From assembly GCF_006345805.1 (NCBI RefSeq), contig NC_043015.1, positions 45,198,001 to 45,262,000 on the forward strand: 64,000 nucleotides of DNA, written 5' to 3'. Below the pieces are notes generated by a model. That model worked only from the letters and a program-made list of their open reading frames with translations. It did no database searches and was not told the origin of the DNA. The stretch is from Octopus sinensis. Taxonomy: Eukaryota. Position numbers and translations under genes: made by a program. The stretch's first letter is position 1, and each line of letters opens with the position of its first letter. This document shows positions 1 to 11,200 of the stretch, one piece after another.

Positions 1-164
1 CAGTCGAATCGTCCAACCCATGCCAGCATGGAAAACACGTTAAACGATGATGATGATGATATATATATATATGTATGTATCGTTCATGTCCATGTGTCTC
101 AAAATCTATATAACAAAGTGTCCTAAACAATACGATACTCAATTACCCATCCAGCAAAGCATAC

Positions 165-540
165 TCTTACTCTTTTACTCGTTTCAGTCATTTGACTGCG
201 GCCATGCTGGAGCACCGCCTTTAATCAAGCAACTCGACCCTGGGTCTTATTCTTTTGTAAGCCCAGTACTTATTCTATCGTTCTCTTTTGCCGAACCGCT
301 AAGTAACGGGGACATAAACACACCAGCATCGGTTGTCAAGCAATGTTGGGAGGACAAACGCAGACACATATATATATTACATATACACGACGGGCTTCTT
401 TCAGTTTCCGTCTACCAAATCCACTCAAGGCTTTGGTCGGCCCGAGGCTAGAGTAGAAGACACTTGCCCAAGGTGCCACGCAGTGGGACTGAACCCGGAA
501 CCATGTGGTTGGTAAACAAGCTACTTACCATACGGCTGCC
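165..540 (-). mobile_element. tRNA-derived SINE, family A
   Basis: Head GGCTGTGTGGTAAGTAGCTTG...GGGTTCAGTCCC, then CCTTGGGCAAG and an internal (TA)n/(TG)n tract. Further copies at about 2090-2390, 20748-21140, 21680-22112, 35431-35800, 41213-42090, 56236-56620 and 57520-57915. Confidence 0.85.
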
Positions 541-715
541 TTCATTTCTTAGCATACCAGCTTCATTTCTTTGTCATGGTCTTATTTTTATGTTTAACAA
601 ACTCTGGAATTCCAGTGTTGATTTTATTGCAATTCCTACTATTTATGTTTCACGTTCACTAATTCAAAACAGAAATATTATAATCACTTTTTTTTATTTT
701 TTGTCATTTCTCAAG

Positions 716-876
716 TATTTGAAGGTGGAAATTTTCAAATTTTGGAGCCCGTTATGTCTGTAGAAGTTGTCATTCCGTTTGAATATGAGAAAAATGTCAT
801 GATTACTCTCCATCGGCGCCATGCTGTTGTTTTGGGAACAGATGCAAATGAAGGCTATACTATAATACAATGTGAG
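716..876 (+). CDS. GFM1: Mitochondrial elongation factor G1, penultimate coding exon
   Basis: Acceptor tttctcaag|716 and donor 876|gtaggt. Translates to (V)FEGGNFQILEPVMSVEVVIPFEYEKNVMITLHRRHAVVLGTDANEGYTIIQCE, matching the EF-G domain V motif ILEPxMxVEV. Splices in phase 0 to the exon at 3213. Confidence 0.93.
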
Positions 877-3212
877 GTAGGTGTAATGTCACTCAGAATT
901 CTCAACGTATTTTCACAATTCCTCTCTGTTTCTTTCTCTTAAGTTTCTATATTGTTTAAAGGAAACCTGATAGCATCCAGCTTTTTATCTCATATGTAAT
1001 GTTTATTTATTCACATTGTTTTGAATTAATTATCTATTATGTCATAAGCTCTGAAATTTTAACGATGTGATTGTTTTTTTTCGGAATGACATGGTAGGGA
1101 AGTTATGAGAGGCTAGGGCTGGTCAGTTTGAATATAAAACAAATAGAATATTTGGGGCCTGATAGGAATGGCTTAAATGCTAATGGGTTAGTCAAAGAAG
1201 GAACATCCTTGATCTTTTTGGGACCTCCCTGACTGGTGGGAAGAGAAGAAGAATCCATGCTATAAGAGTTACTAGTAGCAACTACTAAGTGCCTTGTAAA
1301 TTATCCAGCTGTGAGTTGCTTGGTCTCCTGTCATCCCCTCTGTGGGTCCTGATGTCTGTAGATCCTTTCTCACTACATCGTCCCACATCTTCCTGGGTCT
1401 ACCCCTTCCACATGTTCCCTGGTAAAAATGCTTATAAATAAGACAGCTCCTGGGGTATTATTCTTGAAGGCTAAGCCTGTCACATTGATGTTACAATCAC
1501 AAGCCTAACACCTTTATCACTAGGCCACACACCTTTACTTGATGAAATTCTTTAGATTTTTTTTCTCTTTCACTCTCTCCTTCCCTAGATTTCCCCTTCT
1601 CATTTTCTTTCTTTCTCTCACTATACCTCCCTCTGCTTCTCTGGAAACACTTTTTAATTCATAATAAAAATATTGAAAAAAAACAAAAAAAACCCCCAGC
1701 AATTATTAAACTGTATATATTTTACTTGTTTCAGTCATTATCTGTGGCCATGCTGGGGCACCACCTTGAATTTTTAGTTGAATTTTGTCTTGCACTTGGT
1801 GACCCTGTTAGTGCAAGAGCCACTTGAAAGCACCCAGTTCACACCGTAAAGTGGTTGGGGTTCAGAAGGGCTTCCAACTGCAAAAACCTTACCAAAACTG
1901 ACCTTGCCTGTGCCACATAAAAAAGCACGAAGTCCACTCTGCTGAGTGGTTGGTGTTAGGAAGGGCATCCAGCTGTACAGTCACAGAAGTCTGGTGCAGG
2001 CTTCTGCCTGGCTGGCTCTTGTGAAACCGTCCTACCCATGCCAGCATGGAATGATGATGGTGAATCAACCCCAGTACTTTTTTTTTTAAAGCCTGGTACT
2101 TAGTCTATCAGTCTCTTTTGCCGAACCACTAAGTTGTGGGGATGTAAACGCTCCAACATCAGTTGTCAAGTGGTAATAGGGGGCCAGGCACAAAGGCACA
2201 TATAGATATCTACATATATATACAATGGGCTTCTTTCAGTTTCCGTCTACCAAATCCACTCACAAGGCTTTGGTCAGCCCAAGGCTATAGTAGAAGACAC
2301 TTTCCCAAGGTACCATGCAGTGGGACTGAACCTGGAACCATGTGGTTGGGGAGCAAGCTACTTACTACACAGCCACTCCTGTGCTTGTAGGAACCCTCTA
2401 GCATTTAAACCAGCCACTGCCCCTATAGGAATCCTTTAGGATTTAAAACCAGCCACATTCAGCCAAAATATTCTACCTGTTTTATGTTCAAACTGTCAAA
2501 ATCTGGCCTCTCATGTCTACCCTACATCGTCATTTTAAAAATATACAATCACATCATTGAAATCTCAAAGTTAATAGATAATGCATGATTAATTCAAAAC
2601 AATGCAAATTAATAAGTATTAAATTTGACAGAGTAATCTGAATGTTAAAGGGTTATTATGATTCACTTTCATCTCATGGTTGTAAGTTCAAATTTTGTTG
2701 GTATCAGTGTCGCCTGTCATCTTTCCTGAGGACTTGTAATATAAAAAAGTCATTTGGCATCTGTGCTAGTGGAGTGCTAAGAGCACCATCCGAGTGTCAT
2801 CGTTGCCAGAGCAGCAAACTGGCTTCCGTGCCGGTGGCACATAAAAAGTACCATTCGAGCATTGGAGCCTGGTGCAGCCATCTGGTTTTCCAGTCCTCAG
2901 GCCGCTGGACTGGCTTCTGTGCAGGTGGCACATAAAAGCACCCACTACACTCTCGGAGTGGTTGGCATTAAGAAGGGCATCAAGCTGTAGAAACTCTGCC
3001 AGATCAGATTGGAGTCTGGTGCAGCCATCTGGTTTTCCAGTCCTCAGTCAAAGCGTCCAACCCATGCTAGCATGGAAAGCGGACGTTAAACGATGATGAT
3101 GATTTTAATCACCCATCCTTTTCTTATACACCACACAAAGAAGTTTAATTACCTTTGCTGCACCCAGTCTGAAAGACAGACAACATTCTTATTCTTATGT
3201 CCTTTCTTGCAG

Positions 3213-3404
3213 GTACCATTAAACGACATGTTTGGTTATGCAACAGAGCTACGATCTTCAACTCAGGGTAAAGGCGAGTTTACAATGGAATTTAGCCGTT
3301 ATTGTCCAGCCCGAGCTGATACGCAACAGACTTTGATAGACGAATACCAGGAAAGTCTTCAGATTGGTCAACCAGACAAAAAGAAAAAGAAGAAACGGAA
3401 TTGA
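3213..3404 (+). CDS. GFM1: Mitochondrial elongation factor G1, last coding exon
   Basis: Acceptor ttcttgcag|3213. Translates to [63 protein letters not shown], closely matching the GFM1 C-terminus ([24 protein letters not shown]). Confidence 0.96.
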   Translation, partial: VPLNDMFGYATELRSSTQGKGEFTMEFSRYCPARADTQQTLIDEYQESLQIGQPDKKKKKKRN

Positions 3405-3584
3405 GTATCGTATTGTTTAGGACACTTTGTTATATAGATTTTGAGACACGTGGACATGAAATTGTGATAGGGGTTGTAAAGAAGATTACAAGACTAACTC
3501 TTATCTATTCACATCAAATTCCATATTGTAAATTAAAAAAAGAACTTTTTAATACCATCAGAGAGCTGTTTTGTCTTCAATTTA

Positions 3585-3876
3585 TCTTTATATATAAAAC
3601 TGAAGTTGTGTGAGAGTCTGTCTCCTCCGATTTAGATTCTTTACTCCCACATTTTGCGGTGCAGTTTAACCAAAAGCAGGTATCTTATAGTTGTGATTCA
3701 TATCGAGCCCTTCTGGGTATTAGCGTGCGTCTACGCTGAGTCTATGATTAAAAAAAAAATTTACCATAATTTTTTTGGCATTTTCTGCTCGGTTTATATA
3801 AGGGAAGTAACTCTCTAAAAATGCTTATATAGTTATTTCCCTTACAAACCCGAGCAATGCCGGGCGATACTGCTAG
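3585..3876 (+). mobile_element. Non-autonomous Helitron-like element
   Basis: Inserted between A and T, with 5' TCTTTATATATAAAA..., a 3' hairpin CCCGAGCAATGCCGGG and terminal CTAG. No TSD. Confidence 0.7.
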
Positions 3877-5649
3877 TTATATTTAAAAATTTTTTATCGT
3901 TTACTTGTTTCTGTCATTGGGCTGTGACCATATTGGAGCACTGCTTTGAAGGGTCTAGGTTGAGCAAATTGACCCCCAGTACTAATAAGCTTTAGTAAGT
4001 CTAGTACTTATTCTATAAGGCTCATTTGCCAAACCATTAAGTTACGGGGACATAAAAAAACCAGCATTGGTTGTCAGGTGGTTGTGGGGTGACAAATACA
4101 GTCCTTCTTTGGTCATGAATGACCATGGGATTGTACCTAGAAAGTTACCCTCCAAGGCACAAGTCCAGGCAAGGTTGTTTATGGAAGACCAGCAGTCACC
4201 CATGCATATCAGCCTCCGCTCTCCACACCAACAGTGTTATCCAAGGGAAAGGCAAAGGGGTCGATACAGCTTGGCACCAGTGACATCGTAACTCATTTCT
4301 ACAGCTGAGTGAACTGGAGCAACGTGAAATAAAATGTCTTGCTCAAGAACACAACACACAGCCCAGTCCAGAAATTGAACTCACTACCTCATGATTGTGA
4401 GCCTGATGCTCTAACCACTGAGCCATGTGCCTTCACTATGTGTGTGTGTGAGTACAGCTGTGTAAAGGAGTGCTGAGCTTTGTGGAGGGAGCACACCGTG
4501 AAGACATGGGATAGTGGTAAGAAAGGATCTTTGGATGCTGGGCCTCACTGAGGAAATGACAAGGGAGCAGGAGATGTCATGGTTTGCTGTACTTGGTAAG
4601 ACATGTCAAACTAAGTAAGATCACTGTCTTCCACACAGGCTTGTCCTTTCAGGTGGGGGGTGCCACATGAAAAGCACCCGTGCTGGTGCTGTGTAAACAA
4701 CCTGTTGCTGGTGGCAAGTAAAATGCACCGTGTTAAGTGGTTGGCATTAGGAGGGGCATCGAGCCATAGAAACCATGCCCCACAACAGACAATTGGAGTC
4801 TGGACAGCTCCATGTCAAACTGTCCAACCCATGCCAGCAAGGAAAGCAGATGTTAAACAATGATGATATATGTGTGTGTGTATGTATATATATATATATA
4901 TGTGTGTGTGTGTGGTATGTAAAAAGCACCACTTGAACGTGGCCGTTGCCAGTACTGCCTGACTGGACCTCATGCCGGTGGCACGTAAAAGAACCCACTA
5001 CACTCTCAGAGTGGTTGGTGTTAGGAAGGGCATCCAGCTGTAGAAACTCTGCCAGATCAGATTGGAGTCTGGTGCAGCCATCTGGTTCACCAGTCCTCAG
5101 TCAAATCGTCCAACCCATGCTAGCATGGAAAGCGGACGTTAAATGATGATGTATGCATATACACACACATACACACAGCACAGTTTCTGTTTATCAAATT
5201 CTCTTACAAGGCATTGGTTGGCCTAGGGCTATCGTAAAAGCTACATTTGCCCAGTGAGATTGAACACTGAACTTGTAACCACAAGGTTGTAAAGCGAGCT
5301 TCTTAACCACCTAGCCATGCCTGTGCCTATACATAACATATTCATTCAATGTCTTGCTAACTTAAAAGGTAAAAAAAGAAATATTATATATTCATAGGCA
5401 TGGATAGCATGAGGGCATGAGGTTGGTTGGATCAAAGAGAAGCTATTATGGCAGATAGACAGACTGGTCATATACAATACAACTGAAGTGATGAGAACTG
5501 CCAATCTTCTCACTACTGGTGCTTGTTCGTAGGTATTTTATCTCACTGAACATTCAGTGGAATGTATGTTTAGTTCTAGAGTTGGTTTAGTCCTTACATT
5601 GAAACATTTTCAGCCAGAATTCATAAGTTCTGAATATATTTTGTTATAT

Positions 5650-6022
5650 GGTGCAGGAGTGGCTGTGTGGTAAGTAGCTTGCTTAACAACCACATGGTTC
5701 CGGGTTCAGTTCCGCCGTGTGACACTTTGGGCAAGTGTCTTCTACTATAGCCTCGGGCCGACCAAAGCTTTTTGAGTAGATTTGGTAGACGGAAACTGAA
5801 AGAAGCCCATCATATATATATATATATATATGTGTTTGTGTGTTTGTTCCCCCAACATCACTTGACAACTGATGCTGGTGTGTTTACGTCCCCGTAACTT
5901 AGCGGTTTGGCAAAAGAGACCGATAGAATAAGTACTAGGCTTACAAAGAATAAGCCTTGTGATCGATTTGCTCGACTAAAAGTGGTGCTCCAGCATGCCC
6001 GCAGTCAAATGACTGAAACAAG
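5650..6022 (+). mobile_element. tRNA-derived SINE, family A, full length
   Basis: GGTGCAGGAGTGGCTGTGTGG...GACTGAAACAAG; reverse-complement match to 165-540. Confidence 0.85.
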
Positions 6023-6853
6023 TTCAGTGTTCAGTCCCACTGGGCAGTACTGTGGGCAAATGTGTTTTTTACGATAGCCCTAGGCCAACCAATGCCTTGT
6101 AAGAGAATTTGATAAACAAGTGGGGAACTTGTGGAAAAGGAAGACATGGGACGAAAGCTGATCTTGAGAGACTAAGCCTTATGAAAGAGATGACAAAGGA
6201 TCGAGATATCTGGCGCCTTGCTGTACTCAAGATGACCTGTCCACCATAACAGAATTGATACTGGTGTTGGTTCGGCATAGAAAGCACCCAGTATACTCTG
6301 TGGAGTGGTTGGCATTAGGAAGGACATCCAGCGGTAGAAACCTTGCCAGAACAGACAATGGAAACCACAGCCTTACCAGTTCTGGTCAAACATTCCAACC
6401 CATGCCAGCATGGAAAGTGGACATTCAATGATGATCATAAAACGAGTGTTTATACAATGGAATAACCATTTTTGATTTTTTTTTATAAACTCTTCGTTTT
6501 TAAATTTACTTTGTAATTTCTCAACATCTTGTGCCTAATGTTTTGGCAGGACTTCAAAATCTATTTATCAATAAAAGAGGAAGGAGTTTTCTTTTGCTTT
6601 CTTCGAAATTATCCTTCTAACAGTGGAGGCCTCTTTATTATAAACTTAATGGAATCTAGTGATGGAGACCTATGTAATATGAATTTTATGGGGATCTGGT
6701 CAAAGAGATCCTGCATATTATCATCTTAATGGGCACCTAGTGGGGAGGCCTACATATGGTCTTAACAGGGACTTAGTAGTGAAGACCTGTGCACTATGAA
6801 CTTAATGGGGATGTGATGGTGGAGCTGGATACTATGAACATATAACAAAATAT

Positions 6854-7164
6854 TTTTTTTTATGCGCCCTTTTCAAGCCTAACCAGGCTCATGGGCCCGG
6901 TTTCCTGGATTCTGTGGCGTATGTGTTCCCCCCAGTTGGATGGGACACCAGTCCATTGCAGCATTACCCAAGAAACAGGAAGAAAGAGTGAGAGAAAGTT
7001 AGGGCGAAAGAGTACAACAGGGGTCGCCACCACTCCCTGCCGGAGCCTCGTGGAGCTTTAGGTGTTTTCACTCAATAAACACACACAACGCCCGGTCTGG
7101 GAATCGAAACCGCGATCCTCCGACCGCGAGTCTGCTGCCCTAACCACTGGGCCATTGTGCCTCC
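6854..7164 (-). mobile_element. tRNA-derived SINE, family D, with TSD
   Basis: A box TGGCCCAGTGG, B box GGTTTCGATTCC, A-tail and a 12-bp TSD ATAACAAAATAT (6842 and 7165). Relatives at 40482-40786, 45690-45882, 51815-52096 and 59150-59500. Confidence 0.85.
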
Positions 7165-7255
7165 ATAACAAAATATATTCAGAACTTATGAATTCTGGCT
7201 GAAAATGTTTCAACGTAAGGACTAAACCAACTCTAGAACTGAACATACATATGCC

Positions 7256-7652
7256 TATTTCTTTACTACCCACAAGGGGTTAAACACAGAAAGGACAAAC
7301 GGATTAAGTCGATTATATCGACCCCAGTGCGTAACTGGTACTTATTTAATCGACCCTGGAAGGATGAAAGGCAAAGTCGACCTCGGCGGTATTTGAACTC
7401 AGAACGTAGCGGCAGACGAAATACCTATTTCTTTATTACCCACAAGGGGCTAAACACAGAGGGGACAAACAAGGACAGACATAGGTATTAAGTCGATTAC
7501 ATCGACCCCAGTGCGTAACTGGTACTTAATTTATCGACCCCGAAAGGATGAAAGGCAAAGTCGACCTCGGCGGAATTTGAACTCAGAACGTAGCGGCAGA
7601 CGAAATACCGCTAAGTATTTAGCCCAGCGCACTAACGTTTCTGCCAGCTTGC
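7256..7652 (-). mobile_element. SINE family B, partial tandem dimer with TSD
   Basis: Body GCCTTTCATCCTTTCGGGGTCGATAAATTAAGTACCAG (resembles the Nin/Deu SINE domain) is present twice, with a 17-bp TSD CTGAACATACATATGCC on both sides. Other copies at about 43275-43510, 47363-47582, 48542-48776 and 50540-50775. Confidence 0.85.
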
Positions 7653-8136
7653 CTGAACATACATATGCCATCATATGCAGCTTGCAATAAGAGCGAAGAT
7701 TTGGTGTCAAAGTGGATTAAGATGGTTAGTGTATTCTGATGTGAGACTGAACAATCCGGTCTTTTGACAGCAGTTAGTGAACCAAGATAATGAGCATGAA
7801 GGCCAATAAATTATCTACTCACTCAGTTTGACTTTACTTTCTCTGCAGGTAAACTGAAGTTTACAAAAGGTTTTCAACTGCCAAGATACAGGACGATACT
7901 GTGCCAATTATTCTCTCTTTCTCTCTCTCTCTGAAAATAGTGACAGCTGGAATGGTTTTTGAACATAAGTCTGCTAAACAACAATTTACATATTTTCATT
8001 TACTAATTAGAGAAATATTTTCCCAAAGTAGTTTCCAAGGAAACCACTACGCCATATGCTCACGGGCACATGGCGTAGTGGTTAAAAACGCGGGCTACTA
8101 ACCCCAAGATTCCGAGTTCAATTCCAAGCAGTGACC

Positions 8137-8170
<34 letters not shown>

Positions 8171-8203
8171 TAATAATAACAACATTGAAAAATACCTTAG
8201 GAA

Positions 8204-11200
8204 TGAGAACCCAGGTCTGAAATTTCCCCAAGACACCTGAAGAAGGCTGGAGGGTATATCAGCCGAAACGTTGTGTTAACAACAAACAAGATGAGGACAA
8301 ATATCTGTCTGAGAACCCAGGTCTGAAATTTCCCCAAGACACCTGAAGAAAGCTGGAGGGTATATCAGCTGAAACATTGTGCTAACAACAAACAAGATGA
8401 GGACAAATATCTGTCTGAGAACCCAGGTCTGAAATTTCCCCAAGACACCTGAAGAAAGCTGGAGGGTACATCAGCTGAAACATTGTGCTAACAACAAACA
8501 AGATGAGGACAAATATCTGTCTGAGAACCCAGGTCTGAAATTTCCCCAAGACACCTGAAGAAAGCTGGAGGGTATATCAGCTGAAACATTGTGCTAACAA
8601 CAAACAAGATGAGGACAAATATCTGTCTGAGAACCCAGGTCTGAAATTTCCCCAAGACACCTGAAGAAAGCTGGAGGGTACATCAGCTGAAACATTGTGC
8701 TAACAACAAACAAGATGAGGACAAATATCTGTCTGAGAACCCAGGTCTGAAATTTCCCCAAGACACCTGAAGAAAGCTGGAGGGTACATCAGCTGAAACA
8801 TTGTGCTAACAACAAACAAGATGAGGACAAATATCTGTCTGAGAACCCAGGTCTGAAATTTCCCCAAGACACCTGAAGAAAGCTGGAGGGTATATCAGCT
8901 GAAACATTGTGCTAACAACAAACAAGATGAGGACAAATATCTGTCTGAGAACCCAGGTCTGAATTTCCCCAAGACACCTGAAGAAAGCTGGAGGGTACAT
9001 CAGCTGAAACATTGTGCTAACAACAAACAAGATGAGGACAAATATCTGTCTGAGAACCCAGGTCTGAAATTTCCCCAGACACCTGAAGAAAGCTGGAGGG
9101 TATATCAGCTGAAACATTGTGCTAACAACAAACAAGATGAGGACAAATATCTGTCTGAGAACCCAGGTCTGAAATTTCCCCAAGACACCTGAAGAAGCTG
9201 GAGGGTATATCAGCTGAAACATTGTGCTAACAACAAACAAGATGAGGACAAATATCTGTCTGAGAACCCAGGTCTGAAATTTCCCCAAGACACCTGAAGA
9301 AAGCTGGAGGGTACATCAGCTGAAACATTGTGCTAACAACAAACAAGATGAGGACAAATATCTGTCTGAGAACCCAGGTCTGAAATTTCCCCAAGACACC
9401 TGAAGAAAGCTGGAGGGTATATCAGCTGAAACATTGTGCTAACAACAAACAAGATGAGGACAAATATCTGTCTGAGAACCCAGGTCTGAAATTTCCCCAA
9501 GACACCTGAAGAAGGCTGGAGGGTATATCAGCTGAAACATTGTGCTAACAACAAACAGATGAGGACAAATATCTGTCTGAGAACCCAGGTCTGAAATTTC
9601 CCCAAGACACCTGAAGAAAGCTGGAGGGTACATCAGCTGAAACATTGTGCTAACAACAAACAAGATGAGGACAAATATCTGTCTGAGAACCCAGGTCTGA
9701 AATTCCCCAAGACACCTGAAGAAGCTGGAGGGTATATCAGCTGAAACATTGTGCTAACAACAAACAAATGAGGACAATATCTGTCTGAGAACCCAGGTCT
9801 GAAATTTCCCCAAGACACCTGAAGAAAGCTGGAGGGTACATCAGCTGAAACATTGTGCTAACAACAAACAAGATGAGGACAAATATCTGTCTGAGAACCC
9901 AGGTCTGAAATTTCCCCAAGACACCTGAAGAAAGCTGGAGGGTATATCAGCTGAAACATTGTGCTAACAACAAACAAGATGAGGACAAATATCTGTCTGA
10001 GAACCCAGGTCTGAAATTTCCCCAAGACACCTGAAGAAAGCTGGAGGGTATATCAGCTGAAACATTGTGCTAACAACAAACAAGATGAGGACAAATATCT
10101 GTCTGAGAACCCAGGTCTGAAATTTCCCCAAGACACCTGAAGAAAGCTGGAGGGTACATCAGCTGAAACATTGTGCTAACAACAAACAAGATGAGGACAA
10201 ATATCTGTCTGAGAACCCAGGTCTGAAATTTCCCCAAGACACCTGAAGAAAGCTGGAGGGTATATCAGCTGAAACATTGTGCTAACAACAAACAAGATGA
10301 GGACAAATATCTGTCTGAGAACCCAGGTCTGAAATTCCCCAAGACACCTGAAGAAGGCTGGAGGGTTATATCAGCTGAAACATTGTGCTAACAACAAACA
10401 AGATGAGGACAAATATCTGTCTGAGAACCCAGGTCTGAAATTTCCCCAAGACACCTGAAGAAGAAAGCTGGAGGGTACATCAGCTGAAACATTGTGCTAA
10501 CAACAAACAAGATGAGGAAATATCTGTCTGAGAACCCAGGTCTGAAATTTCCCCAAGACACCTGAAGAAAGCTGGAGGGTACATCAGCTGAAACATTGTG
10601 CTAACAACAAACAAGATGAGGACAAATATCTGTCTGAGAACCCAGGTCTGAAATTTCCCCAAGACACCTGAAGAAAGCTGGAGGGTATATCAGCTGAAAC
10701 ATTGTGCTAACAACAAACAAGATGAGGACAAATATCTGTCTGAGAACCCAGGTCTGAAATTTCCCCAAGACACCTGAAGAAGGCTGGAGGGTATATCAGC
10801 TGAAACATTGTGCTAACAACAAACAAGATGAGGACAAATATCTGTCTGAGAACCCAGGTCTGAAATTTCCCCAAGACACTGAAGAAGGCTGGAGGGTATA
10901 TCAGCTGAAACATTGTGCTAACAACAAACAAGATGAGGACAAATATCTGTCTGAGAACCCAGGTCTGAAATTTCCCCAAGACACCTGAAGAAAGCTGGAG
11001 GGGATATCAGCTGAAACATTGTGCTAACAACAAACAAGATGAGGACAAATATCTGTCTGAGAACCCAGGTCTGAAATTTCCCCAAGACACCTGAAGAAAG
11101 CTGGAGGGTATATCAGCTGAAACATTGTGCTAAAACAAAACAAGATGAGGACAAATATCTGTCTGAGAACCCAGGTCTGAAATTTCCCCAAGACACCTGA

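Noticed and set aside
8064-8136. tRNA gene
   Set aside because: A and B boxes are present, but there is no convincing acceptor stem or terminator. This and the other tRNA-like heads are SINE promoters.
8370-8425. Alternative hammerhead fold cleaving at the GUC on the unit junction
   Set aside because: GAAACA can pair with UGUC at the unit end, but the bases after the site (UGAGA) cannot form stem I with GACAC.
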